A stretch of 53,144 nt of DNA from Promethearchaeota archaeon. GTDB taxonomy: Archaea; Asgardarchaeota; Lokiarchaeia; Sigyniarchaeales; SOKP01. Positions 27,426 through 38,300 of this stretch are shown here, in pieces. The notes under the pieces were generated by a model. That model was not told where the DNA came from. It made no database searches and saw only the letters and a program-made list of their open reading frames with translations. A program made the position numbers and the translations under genes. Where the stretch lies: assembly GCA_019894975.1 (NCBI GenBank), contig JAGXNO010000024.1, forward strand, positions 1 to 53,144, read 5' to 3'. Position 1 is the stretch's first letter, and each line of letters starts with the position of its first letter.

Positions 27426-28817
27426 TTAAAATATGTTTGATTTTCCAAACTCATACATCATTTTAAAGGCTTTTATCGCTTGATTTATTCTGGTCATAAT
27501 AGGAATTATTAATTTTGATTCAGGTTGTGTTGCTCCTTCACTTACAAAGTCAAAAACCCATCTAGAACCAAAACACACGATAATACAAGGTTTTTCATAT
27601 TTTTCAGCACTCTGTAATAGAGCAGTAAATTGTGCCTTAATTCCCGCTAATGCAAATGATGCCATTCTTTGGAGTGGTACTCTTGGAACTGAAAAGATGT
27701 AAAGTATGCAGTCGGTATTTTTATCTTGGAAAATTGCTTTAATAGATGGTATAAATGTTTCAAACATCGAAGGCCCTAAATCAATGGTTCCCCCTATTGA
27801 TACCCAATTAGGGATGACAGATTTTATTTTTTCGATTGTAGTTTTTTCTAAGTTGGTAAGATTTAGACCTTGTTTTTCAATTTCATCACAAGCTAAAGCT
27901 CCTAAACTTCCAGAGCCAGTAACAATTGTAACATTTTTTCCCCTTAATAAGGGCTGTGTGGCAAAAGCATGGGCGATGTTAAACATTTCATAGAAATTAT
28001 CAACTCTAAAGACATTTGGGTATTGGTTAAAAAGGGCATCATAAATTCGATCATTCCCCGCTATTGAACTTGTATGACTTTTAACTGCCCTTGATCCGAT
28101 GTCACTTCTCCCGTTCTTGAGTATTATTACAGGTTTTTTCACTTTTCCCAGTACATCTCTTAACTCTTTACCCCGTTTAGTTCCTTCTAAGTAAAGCGTT
28201 ATTACTTTCGTGTCAGGATCTTCATTTAAATAATCTAAGAGATCAACCTCATCGACATCAACTTTATTTCCTATTGTAGCTGATTTTGAAAACCCAATCC
28301 CTTGATTGTTTGCCCAATCAATGAAGATATTTCCTAATACTCCAGATTGTGCTACGATAGCAATACTACCTTTTAGAGCTTGTTCAAAATCCATATCTGA
28401 TGTGGTAAATTCATTATGAAAATTAGTTACTCCTATACAATTTGGCCCAATAATTCGGATTTTTGATCTTCTTGCAATTACTTCGATCTCATCTTGAATT
28501 TTAGCAAATTTTGCTGAACCTGTCTCAGCGAATCCGGCTGATTCTATAATTATTCCTTTTACCTCTTTTTCTATACAGTCTATAACGGATTGAAGTACAA
28601 ATTCATTGCTAACCATAATTATTGCTAAATCAATGCTATCTGGTATATCCTTAATGTTTTTATACGCTTTGTGACCAAAAATTACATCACTGTTTATATT
28701 AACAGGATACGTTTTAAACTTGGAATTTAGAAGATAAGCCGTTGTTCCTATTCCAAATTTTGGTTTCTCTGATGCTCCTATTATTGCTACTGTCTTAGGG
28801 TTAAAAAAAACATCCAT
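27426..28817 (-). CDS. acdA: ADP-forming acyl-CoA synthetase alpha subunit (CoA-binding)
   Basis: FFNPKTVAIIGAS, SAGFAE, IIGPNCIG, QSG, GNKVDV, LYLEG, SHTSSIAG phospho-His motif. Confidence 0.88.
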   Translation of the reverse strand: MDVFFNPKTVAIIGASEKPKFGIGTTAYLLNSKFKTYPVNINSDVIFGHKAYKNIKDIPDSIDLAIIMVSNEFVLQSVIDCIEKEVKGIIIESAGFAETGSAKFAKIQDEIEVIARRSKIRIIGPNCIGVTNFHNEFTTSDMDFEQALKGSIAIVAQSGVLGNIFIDWANNQGIGFSKSATIGNKVDVDEVDLLDYLNEDPDTKVITLYLEGTKRGKELRDVLGKVKKPVIILKNGRSDIGSRAVKSHTSSIAGNDRIYDALFNQYPNVFRVDNFYEMFNIAHAFATQPLLRGKNVTIVTGSGSLGALACDEIEKQGLNLTNLEKTTIEKIKSVIPNWVSIGGTIDLGPSMFETFIPSIKAIFQDKNTDCILYIFSVPRVPLQRMASFALAGIKAQFTALLQSAEKYEKPCIIVCFGSRWVFDFVSEGATQPESKLIIPIMTRINQAIKAFKMMYEFGKSNIF

Positions 28818-29021
28818 TTCTGAAATAATACTCCACCTTTATCAAGTTTTAATTGAATAAAAAATAACATTTAAAAAAATTGTAATTTAAACTTAAAGAT
28901 TGGGTTATACTCTCTGAAAATTAGACATTCTTGAATTCATTAATATGAAATTCTGGAGTTTAAATATCTAGATTCTAATAAATATCAAACATGTGAATAG
29001 TATCTATATTCTAATAATATA

Positions 29022-29555
29022 ATGCTAGTTCCCGCTACTACTCAAAAAATACAGATTGTTTGCCCCATTTGTAAGACAAGGGATCTTATTGGTGTACCAA
29101 AAAGAGAATTAAATAAGAGCACTCACTTAACAACAATCTCAATTCATAAAGGATTAATTTGCCCACATCATTTTCAGGTTTTCGTAGATAAAAATTTACA
29201 AATCCGGGGATATCAAAAAGTAGATTTTGAATTAAGTGATGAAAATTCAAAAAAGTTAAGGAATGGGGTAATAGCATTTAACCAAAATGAAAAAGAAGAG
29301 AAGTCTGTTTTTAAAACTATTGTAAATGAAACTGTTAAGTTACCTTCTAAAGAAAACAAGAAGTCGGTTCCAGAAGTTAGAATTGAGAAGAAGAAAACGA
29401 TGAAGGATATATATGATGAATTCTGGGAATTTATTGACGATGATAGTGAAACATTTCAGAATTTTATTATTAATGATAAAAGACGTCAAAATCATCTGAG
29501 TAGCTTCAGTTTTAATGAAAGTTACAATCATCTTGAGTTAGATCAAGAGATTTAA
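29022..29555 (+). CDS. Hypothetical protein with N-terminal Zn-finger
   Basis: CPIC...CPHHFQVFVDKNLQIRGYQ; charged C-terminus. Confidence 0.75.
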   Translation: MLVPATTQKIQIVCPICKTRDLIGVPKRELNKSTHLTTISIHKGLICPHHFQVFVDKNLQIRGYQKVDFELSDENSKKLRNGVIAFNQNEKEEKSVFKTIVNETVKLPSKENKKSVPEVRIEKKKTMKDIYDEFWEFIDDDSETFQNFIINDKRRQNHLSSFSFNESYNHLELDQEI

Positions 29556-29788
29556 TTATATTACTTATATAGAAGTTGACTTATCTAGCTTGTAATGAAA
29601 CAATAACAATATTTTCCAGAAAGTCATTTAATCACTATTAAAGAATGTACTAAAATCCTAAAAGCAGATTTCCTCTTTTATATGAAAAAGATATAAGAAA
29701 ATTTAAAATTCAGTACTTAATTCTCAAAAATATTAAATTATATTATAAAAAAAAAACAAATAGATGATAAATTAAAAGGTTAGAAAAT

Positions 29789-31270
29789 ATGAGCTATAAA
29801 CTTCCAAATGAGAAGGATTTACAAGCCATGATAGGAATTGTTGGTAAAGAATATGCTACAAATAACAAAGCAATTACTGCTTCTTACTTATCAAAATCGG
29901 TTATGGGTTTAGAGAGTCAAATTCCAGATATAGTTATTCGTCCAAAATATGTAGAAGAGATACGTAAAATCTTAATATATTGTTCTGCTGAAAAAATTGC
30001 GGTTAGCCCTGTTTCTGGTGGATTATCGGGTGGATTTGCATGTCCGACGATCAAACCTGGAGGGGTTCTGCTCGATTTAGGAAGAATGAATCGTATCATT
30101 GAAATTGATGAAGACAACCGTTATTGCATCGTAGAACCAGGGGTTACCAATGGTGAGCTTTGGGCTTATATGCATAAACACCATCCTGATTGGGCACCTC
30201 CTATCCCTGATGGTGCTCCACCTGCAGCGACTGTTATGGGTGATGCTATTGATAGAGGCTTTTCACTTTATACATCAAGTGTCGGTCCTCAAGGAGATAA
30301 CTTCATGTGCGGGGAGGTTGTCTTTCCTAATGGTGATGTTGTGCGAACTGGTTCTTGGGCGCTACCTTTTGCGAAACCTTTCTATAAATATGGTTTGGGT
30401 CCTGATATGTGGAGTTTTTTAATGGGATCTCAAGGTTCTTTTGGAGTTATTACAAAAGCCGCTGTTAAGATTTATCCACACCCTAAATTTAAAACAGTAG
30501 TCGTCTGGGGTATGGATAACCCTTATGATATGCAAGATCTAACTCTTGAGATTGGTAAACAAGAATTTGGTATTTCTCACAACACAGTAATGGTCCAAGG
30601 AGGAAATTATCCTCTTGTAATGGCTCGATGGCCCAAGGATAAGGTTCCACATGATTACGAATTCTATAAAGAAATGGGAATTTCGCAGTGGTGGATGAAT
30701 TGGGAGTGTTGGGCACAGACACAAGAAGAATTAGATTATGTAACTAATAGGATTGATAAAATGGCTGAAGATTTCAAGAAAAGAGCAAAAAGTCCTGATT
30801 CAATTATAAAACAGGAACTTCATCCTAAACAAATAGCAAGCCGAATGAAAAAACCAAATAAAATTGCTATTTCCTATAGTTTCTGGGAGGCTGGCTTCTT
30901 GTTTATTACATGGTACACACCCTGGAATGAGAGCGCACATTTCGCTGAAATGTATACAAAAAAGATGGAAGAATATGGATTCCCTCCAGTAATTTGGATC
31001 GCCAGCATTGAGCGTTGTAGGCAAGCAATCTGTATGCCCATCATTTGTTTTGATAGTACAAAGCAGAGCGATTTTGAGAGGGTTCAAGAATTAAATAGAG
31101 ATACAACTGAATATGCTCTGAAACAAGGATGGCTTAATTATAGACCAGATCCTTATATTCATGTGCAAGCTTATTACCAAGCAGGAATGTATTGGAAATA
31201 CTTACGGATGTTTAAGAAAATGGTTGATCCTAATTTCATTATGCATCCAGGGAGATTAGCATTGCCATGA
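29789..31270 (+). CDS. FAD-linked oxidase (VAO/PCMH-like)
   Basis: PDIVIRP, LDLGRMNRI, VEPGVT, PDGAPPAATVMGDAIDRG, YGLGPD, GSQGSFGVITK, VDPNFIMHPG. Confidence 0.9.
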   Translation: MSYKLPNEKDLQAMIGIVGKEYATNNKAITASYLSKSVMGLESQIPDIVIRPKYVEEIRKILIYCSAEKIAVSPVSGGLSGGFACPTIKPGGVLLDLGRMNRIIEIDEDNRYCIVEPGVTNGELWAYMHKHHPDWAPPIPDGAPPAATVMGDAIDRGFSLYTSSVGPQGDNFMCGEVVFPNGDVVRTGSWALPFAKPFYKYGLGPDMWSFLMGSQGSFGVITKAAVKIYPHPKFKTVVVWGMDNPYDMQDLTLEIGKQEFGISHNTVMVQGGNYPLVMARWPKDKVPHDYEFYKEMGISQWWMNWECWAQTQEELDYVTNRIDKMAEDFKKRAKSPDSIIKQELHPKQIASRMKKPNKIAISYSFWEAGFLFITWYTPWNESAHFAEMYTKKMEEYGFPPVIWIASIERCRQAICMPIICFDSTKQSDFERVQELNRDTTEYALKQGWLNYRPDPYIHVQAYYQAGMYWKYLRMFKKMVDPNFIMHPGRLALP

Positions 31271-31300
31271 GGCAATTTAAATTAAGGAGGTATAAAAAAA

Positions 31301-32689
31301 ATGTCAAAAACAGGAATGGAAAGGCTCAAAGAGCTAGAAAAAGATGTATACAAATGTATTCACTGTAAAGCTTGTAGATTTGCTTACTCAGGGGAACCTG
31401 ACAGAAAAGGTATAGGAGAATTTACAGGAAAACAAGGTACTGTGCTTTATGAAGGCATGGTTGACGCTTGCCCTGCAGGTATAGAACACGGATGGGAGGC
31501 ATTTTGGAACGCGGGAAAAATCTGGATTGCACGCTCAATTTTGAGTGGAGACTTAGAATTTACTGAAGAAGTTAGAGATGTTATAATGCCTTGTATTACA
31601 TGTGGTCAATGTGCTGCTCAGTGTGAAAATAAGATTCGAACTGTAGACATAATAGAAGCTCTACGCGCCGCATGTAAAGAAGCAGGAGTTCCGATGATAG
31701 AGCGACACCAATTAGTTGAGCGTTTAACTAAAGAATTAAACAACCCTTATGGTGGGAAAGCAGAAGAACGATTTAAGTGGGCAAAAGATGCAGGTTTAGA
31801 AAAATATATTGATAACAAAGGTGCTAAAATAGGATATTATGTCGGCTGTACTGCAAGTTATAGACAAATAGAGATTGCAATTGCGACTTGTAAGATTTTT
31901 GAGGACTTGGGAATTGATTTCACATTAATAAGAGATGAAGTATGTTGTGGAAGTCCCTTCTTTAGAGTGGGTGCTGTTGATACTGCTCAAGAATTAATGA
32001 ATAAGAATATTGAAGCTTTTAAAGGATTGGAATTCGCATTTTTCTCATGTGCGGGGTGTTATAAAACATTTACTAATGACTATCCTAAGTGGATGGAGGG
32101 AGGTAAGCTTCCATTTAAAACGATGCATGCTTTTGAATTAGTATCTCGATTAATTACCGCAGAAAAAATCAAATTTAAACCTAATAAAGAACTAAAAGGG
32201 AAAGTAGTGACTTACCATGATCCTTGCCACTTAGGACGTCACATGGCTTTAGAAATGGAACAGGAAATTATTGCGGAATCTAAAAACTTAATGATGGATA
32301 GTCGAAAGATTAGGCAAGTGATAAATGAATGGTATGAAGTACCTCGAATCGTGTTAAGACAATTAGAACAAGATGTAGGAATTAAATTTACAGAGATGTA
32401 CCGTATAAAACTTGATAGTTTCTGTTGCGGTGCTGGTGGTGGAGTACGAGCAGGTTATGCTGAATTCTCATTAAAAACATCTAGTCTACGATTGGATGAA
32501 GCGAATGCTATAGGGGCAGATATAATAACAACAGAGTGCCCATTTTGCTGGAGGAATTTATACGATGCAAATGAACAATTCGGACACGGTCTTACAGTTT
32601 ACGGTCTCCTTGAAATGATTGATACATTTAAGTTATTGGATATTAAGGAGAAACCTACCTTAGAAGAAATTCTAAAAATGAAAGAGTGA
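31301..32689 (+). CDS. Fe-S/CCG-domain oxidoreductase subunit (HdrD/GlcF-like)
   Basis: CIHCKAC, CITCGQC...C, VCCGSP, YHDPCHLGR, FCCGAGGG, ECPFC; Shine-Dalgarno AAGGAGGT upstream. Confidence 0.92.
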   Translation: MSKTGMERLKELEKDVYKCIHCKACRFAYSGEPDRKGIGEFTGKQGTVLYEGMVDACPAGIEHGWEAFWNAGKIWIARSILSGDLEFTEEVRDVIMPCITCGQCAAQCENKIRTVDIIEALRAACKEAGVPMIERHQLVERLTKELNNPYGGKAEERFKWAKDAGLEKYIDNKGAKIGYYVGCTASYRQIEIAIATCKIFEDLGIDFTLIRDEVCCGSPFFRVGAVDTAQELMNKNIEAFKGLEFAFFSCAGCYKTFTNDYPKWMEGGKLPFKTMHAFELVSRLITAEKIKFKPNKELKGKVVTYHDPCHLGRHMALEMEQEIIAESKNLMMDSRKIRQVINEWYEVPRIVLRQLEQDVGIKFTEMYRIKLDSFCCGAGGGVRAGYAEFSLKTSSLRLDEANAIGADIITTECPFCWRNLYDANEQFGHGLTVYGLLEMIDTFKLLDIKEKPTLEEILKMKE

Positions 32690-32899
32690 ACTCTCAAGCT
32701 CTAAAAACTATTTTATTTTTTTATTATTTTTTTTTCAATTATTATTTAATATTAGAGGAATTATTTCATAAGAATCTAAATTTTAATAAAAAAGAAAAGT
32801 AAGATTTAAATTAAAGACTCGCGTAATTCTACACTATAGGCACATATAATTTTATAAATTATATTTAAGTAAAATTACTTCAGAGTTTAGTGAAATTTT

Positions 32900-34387
32900 A
32901 TGGATTTAAAAAAAGATTTTAAAAAATACCTTGTTCTTGTTGTTTTTGTTTCATTGATTAGCTTGTCACTTATTCTATGGGTATTATATATCCCGATCTA
33001 TCGAAGAGTTCCACCTCCAGGAGAGAGAAAAGCAATTATTTTGTGTAGTGCCAACGATTTCTATAGAAAAGATGGATTTCCGGATTTTGAGGAAGGAGTT
33101 TTTAATAATGAGACAACAAATTGGGAGGGAGAGTTTAACCCAAATGGGTATGGTACAGTAGAAAGTTCTATTCCAGGTCATGATACTCCTGGAGTAATAC
33201 AATTAATCGCGAAAGCTAATTTCAGTAATGCTTATGTTGAAATGGAATTTGTATACAATTGGACCAAATATTTTGAGTTGTTCAAATACGCAGCTTATAA
33301 TCTTTCTGCGTGGGTTAATATTACAACTAACACGTGGACACCTGCTTCAATTGTACCTGCTACTGGAGATGGAGCAAAAGTAGGACTACGATGGTTAAAC
33401 TCTAGTAATGAAGAAGTAAGAACCGATTGGTCAAATGGATTACTTGATACAACCACAGGATGGACGATGCTCAATGCCACAGGGATTGCAGATAATTCTA
33501 CTATGAGTGAAATAACTCAATTACATCTAGTTTTAGCCGTTGAGGGAAACATGACGGGGACTGATATGGTACTCTTTGATGACGTGAAGGTAGAATACTG
33601 GTTTCCCCCTCCAATACCGACACCACCTCCCAGTAATACAGATACAGACGGTTTTCCTGCTCAAGCGCTCCAAGTGTATTGGGTTTTAAAAGATCATGGA
33701 TATACTGATGATAACCTCTTTTTAATGCTCTATCACACAAATGATGCTATTATCGACATAAATGCGGGTGATGGTATAGCCAATGATTTAACAGGTGCGA
33801 TTGTTGATGTAGAAAATGACAATGTTAACTCGAGTAGGTTTAAAGAAGAATTGAACGTGACTCATCCGGGATCCTTTGCTTCTAACATTAGTGGAAGAGA
33901 TCATTTAATAATTTATATGGTAGATCACGGTTCAAATACCCTTGTTGGTGATGGAAATGCGACTTTTCATTTCGAAGCAGATGATAGCTATATTACAGAA
34001 CAAGAATTTTTTAATTTGGTTAAAGTGATAAATTGCAGAAGAATGATGATTAATATAGACATTTGCTTTAGTGGTAATTTTCTACATGAAGATACCATTA
34101 ATTGGTATAATCTACCTAATTCTATTCTTATCACGTCAACAACAAATGTACTTTCATGGTATTGGCGAGATAATACTAATCCTGATGGTTTTGCCGGATC
34201 ATTGTTCTTTCATCAATTTTGGGAGCAATTAAATCAAAATTACACAGTAGGAGAAGCTTTTGATTATGCTACCGCATGGACTCCTTCAGGACAAGTATCA
34301 ACAATAAATGATATTCAAACTCCTTTACTTGAAGATAACTTAGGGATAAAAGATATTTGGAGTTTTAATAACACACTTCAATTATAA
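32900..34387 (+). CDS. Membrane-anchored clan CD peptidase (C13 legumain/GPI8-like) with inserted carbohydrate-binding-like beta-sandwich
   Basis: N-terminal TM; RKAIIL...; VYWVLKDHGY.DDN; LIIYMVDHG (His-Gly) and INIDICFSG (Cys) dyad; insert YNLSAWV...GWT...VLFDDV. Confidence 0.78.
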   Translation: MDLKKDFKKYLVLVVFVSLISLSLILWVLYIPIYRRVPPPGERKAIILCSANDFYRKDGFPDFEEGVFNNETTNWEGEFNPNGYGTVESSIPGHDTPGVIQLIAKANFSNAYVEMEFVYNWTKYFELFKYAAYNLSAWVNITTNTWTPASIVPATGDGAKVGLRWLNSSNEEVRTDWSNGLLDTTTGWTMLNATGIADNSTMSEITQLHLVLAVEGNMTGTDMVLFDDVKVEYWFPPPIPTPPPSNTDTDGFPAQALQVYWVLKDHGYTDDNLFLMLYHTNDAIIDINAGDGIANDLTGAIVDVENDNVNSSRFKEELNVTHPGSFASNISGRDHLIIYMVDHGSNTLVGDGNATFHFEADDSYITEQEFFNLVKVINCRRMMINIDICFSGNFLHEDTINWYNLPNSILITSTTNVLSWYWRDNTNPDGFAGSLFFHQFWEQLNQNYTVGEAFDYATAWTPSGQVSTINDIQTPLLEDNLGIKDIWSFNNTLQL

Positions 34388-34556
34388 CATTTTTTATTTT
34401 TAGTATTTTTTCATGTAAAACCTAATATTTTATTGTTTTGTTGGTTGATGCTTTTTAAAATACGGACATCGATTTTTTTTTTGACTTAACTTTATATTAA
34501 ACTCAGAATTTATTCTTACTTAGTATAATTATAGCTAAGAAATACGAAGAAACAAG

Positions 34557-35165
34557 ATGGTAACAAAGAGTAAAATCAAGATTGGTTTTCTAATCTTTAT
34601 TTGTTTTGCTGGATTTATAGTTATTATTATATCTAAACCACTTCTAAGTAGTTGCAATTATAATTGTATACCAGAAGAAGATAAGTCTTATTTTATGATT
34701 AAATCTGCTAATGGTGATAACAGTTCTCCTGTTATAGTATTTATTAAGCCAGATAATAATGATACAATTATTACTCGTAATTATTATGATATTATAGTGA
34801 ATGTTACAGATGATACTCCTCCTTTAATGGGGAATGTTTCAATTGAGATTTCTAATACTACTATTTCACTTTTTAATGCTTCGATGATAAAGGATGAAGG
34901 AGATCAATGGTTTTTCATATGGAGCAATATTACTTCCTATCCTAATGAGTTAACCTATACCTTTCAGGTCATTGCTAAAGATTCTTCATCAAATGAAAAT
35001 GTGGGAATGTCTGGATTGATAAGTGTTTACGTAGATATATATTCCTCAAGAAATCCAGGATTTATAAATGGGATAATATATGTTATCGTTGCTTCACTGT
35101 TAATCGCAGGTATTCTAGTATACTTTAATAGGAAAAAAGCTTTTTTGACACCCAGTAGAAATTAG
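34557..35165 (+). CDS. Cell-surface Ig-like domain protein with PGF-TM-basic C-terminus
   Basis: N-terminal hydrophobic signal; SPVIVFIKP...VNVTDD...YTFQVIAKDSS.N.N Ig-like; NPGF + TM + RKK. Confidence 0.75.
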   Translation: MVTKSKIKIGFLIFICFAGFIVIIISKPLLSSCNYNCIPEEDKSYFMIKSANGDNSSPVIVFIKPDNNDTIITRNYYDIIVNVTDDTPPLMGNVSIEISNTTISLFNASMIKDEGDQWFFIWSNITSYPNELTYTFQVIAKDSSSNENVGMSGLISVYVDIYSSRNPGFINGIIYVIVASLLIAGILVYFNRKKAFLTPSRN

Positions 35166-35385
35166 TGTTTTATATAACTTTAGTGTATAATTAATCGATT
35201 TTGTTTGTATTTCTTAGATCTCCTTTATTGATTTAAGCATTTTGAAACACTTATAAATGTTTTAAGCTTTTTACTTCTGTAAGATTAAACAAGACAATAC
35301 AAAATTTATTTCAAAAAAAATATATGTCAATATTTTCATTAATAATGAAATAACAAAATTTAGCTTATTCGGGGTTTAATTAAAT

Positions 35386-38300
35386 TTGTTTGATGTGGAA
35401 CAGAAGTCAGCTTATCCATATATTACTAAATTTAAAAAGGAGCCTTTTAAATCTTTTGTTATTATAAAAGAGAGAAATATTGGGAATTATTATTTAAAAG
35501 AGTTTAGTAAACTCGTCACCTTTTATAAATATTTTAAGGTTAATTTAATTAACCAATCTAATTTGACTCTTGTGGAAATCTTTTGGTTTTCCTTGTTAAA
35601 AAAATACATAAAAAATGAAAACAAAGAAAGTAGAGATAATATCTTTAAATTTATAAAAAAATGTGAGATTGTTCAATTTGAACAAATAGGATTTAAGCTT
35701 TCACATGACCCTGAAAAACAGCCAGATATCTATTCCACATATCTAGCATTAAGTAGCTTGAAAAGTATGGGAATTTTAAAAGAATACTTCTCAAGTGAAG
35801 GACAGAATCAGATTAAAGAAGAAATTAAAAGGTTTGTTTTATCACTAAGAAATGGAGATAAATTTTTACACTGTCATGATAAACAATGTGACATCTGTAA
35901 AGAAATATCTCCTGAAAGAACCTTATTTTACGTAATGGAAATTTTCACCCTTCTAGGTATTGACATTCGAAATAGTAAAGAGCAATTCCGTTCATATATA
36001 GGTGAGAGTAAAAAGAAAACAGAAGCTTTACTCTACAAATTCTTATGCTTAAAATATCTGGATTTAGATTCAGAAGTTAAAGATAAAGAAGTTCAATACC
36101 TACTTCAATTTCAAAAAGCAAGCGGTGGTTTTGGTTTTACTCAATTGGAGAATCTTAATGATACTTTTTGGATAGTCTATATCCTTAGTAATTTTTCATG
36201 GCTTTTAGATTACAATCCTTCGGGTGTATACTTTTATATTAATAGTAAATTAAGTGAAGTTTTAAGTAGTGAGGAAAATTGGAATACTTTGAAATTAGTC
36301 GAGACCTCAAAATTGATAATACTCTTATCTTTAATTTGGAAAAAATTTATTGATGAAATAGAAAGGACGCTGTTTAAAGAGTTAGAGAGAGAAAATTATA
36401 TTGATCTCTATCAATTAAAAACTACCTTTGGGTTATCTAATGATATTGAAGACATCATCTCCTATATTAATCTGAATTATAATTTTAACTTAAGAACTCT
36501 AGATAATAAAATTGAATATAAAAATTTCATGCGGAGCCTTAGTGAAGGAAAACAAATATTTTTTCAAAGGTTTTACGATGAAATTAGCACTAAGAGTATA
36601 ATTTCTCTTTCTGGAATGATAAAAAAATATAGGATTGCAAATGAGGAACATCTCAAACTAAAAGAAGACGTTTTTCCTATTATCAAAGAAATGATTTCAA
36701 GGCATTTTTTCAAGGGAGATATTAGAACTAAGAAGGGTTTCTTGGTTAAAACAAAATACAATTTTAATTTAAAACATTTATTAGAAAAAGTGATATTATC
36801 TGACACAGACATAAATACAGAGAGAATTCTGGAAGAAAAAGAGAAGTTGGAAGATATCAAGAATGATATCTTTAATATGACTCTAAAATTAAAAAACATT
36901 GGGTATCAAATAACTGAAGAAATAGATAGTTATCTTTTAATTGATGAAATTGATTATGGTAAAGAAAGATTGAAGTTTATAATTAGGGACTCTTTAATGG
37001 AAGCGGATTTCCTTAATGAGAACATTGAAAACTCATTTAATGAAATTTTATATTATATTAACATTAAAGCCATTTTAGGAACTGAAATAACTCAATGGAA
37101 TAAAGTCTATTCTACTTTACAAAAGAAATTAGTTGACGTAGACACCCACCTTAAAGGTAAGATCAAAGAAAAAGAAATGATAAGAGATCTACACAAATTA
37201 TTGGGAAACTTAAATGAAAAACTTGAATTAATAGAAGAAGATTTAGAAAAGAAATTAGATTCATTTAAAAAAACATTTAGTGAAACTTTCCAAAGAGAAT
37301 ATATCGAAAATAACTTTAATTTGATAATACCTCAGCTAAATCAAATTTCCGATGATATCAACAAGTATGATAAGATAATATTTAAAATATCACAACAAAT
37401 TACTGCTAAAGAGAATGATATTGCCAAGAAACATAGGGATATCATTGATAGATGGCTAAGGATTAAGGAGAAATACGAAAATGAATACAAATTTTATCAC
37501 GAAGGCTTTCAATTTTTTAAGGAGAATTTAAAAAAGATTATCGTTATCAATGAAAAATTAAGGAATGAAGTCTCAGAAATAGGAGAAGGGATAAGAAATA
37601 AAATTGCAGAAAGTCAATTTCAGGAAGCTTTTGAAATTATTAAGAAAGAGTCTGATGTTTTATTAAATGAGAAAATAACTGAAATTCAAAATCTTCAATC
37701 GGTTGTCAAGAAGGAGATTAAAGAAAAACAGAAGCTGTTTCTATTATTTAAACATTTGCAGGATAACCTTGAAAATTTAGAATCAACAATAATTGACTCT
37801 ATAGCTACTCAATCACAGGCTTTAAAGGATAAAGTCATAGTTGAGAGAAATAAAACGGAAATTAAAGATTTCGATGACTTTGTTTCCCAAGAAGTAATGA
37901 AATTAAGAAGTGAATTAGTAAATATCAAAAATAAGTTTAACCTTTCGAATAATCTGAAAATTGGAGAGGTAACGAAAACGTTCGATCTAATCGAATCTAA
38001 TTTTGATAAGTCAAGTAAATTATTTACTAAAAAACTAAGTAGTTGTATAAAAAATATTGAAGAATTTAATGAGAAATCAAATTTGACAATTCTTCAATGG
38101 GAGAAATTCACTCAGTTTTTTCATAATGAAGTTTCTGATCTAAAAGATGAAAATATAAACAGCATCATCTCTAAAAGAATAAACGTAATGGCAATAGAAA
38201 AAAAAACTAATAATCTAAAACTTGTTGATTTAAAGGATGATGTAAAACTCAACTGCAAGGTTTTAATAAAAAGATTGAAGGATATGATAGATATATCAAA

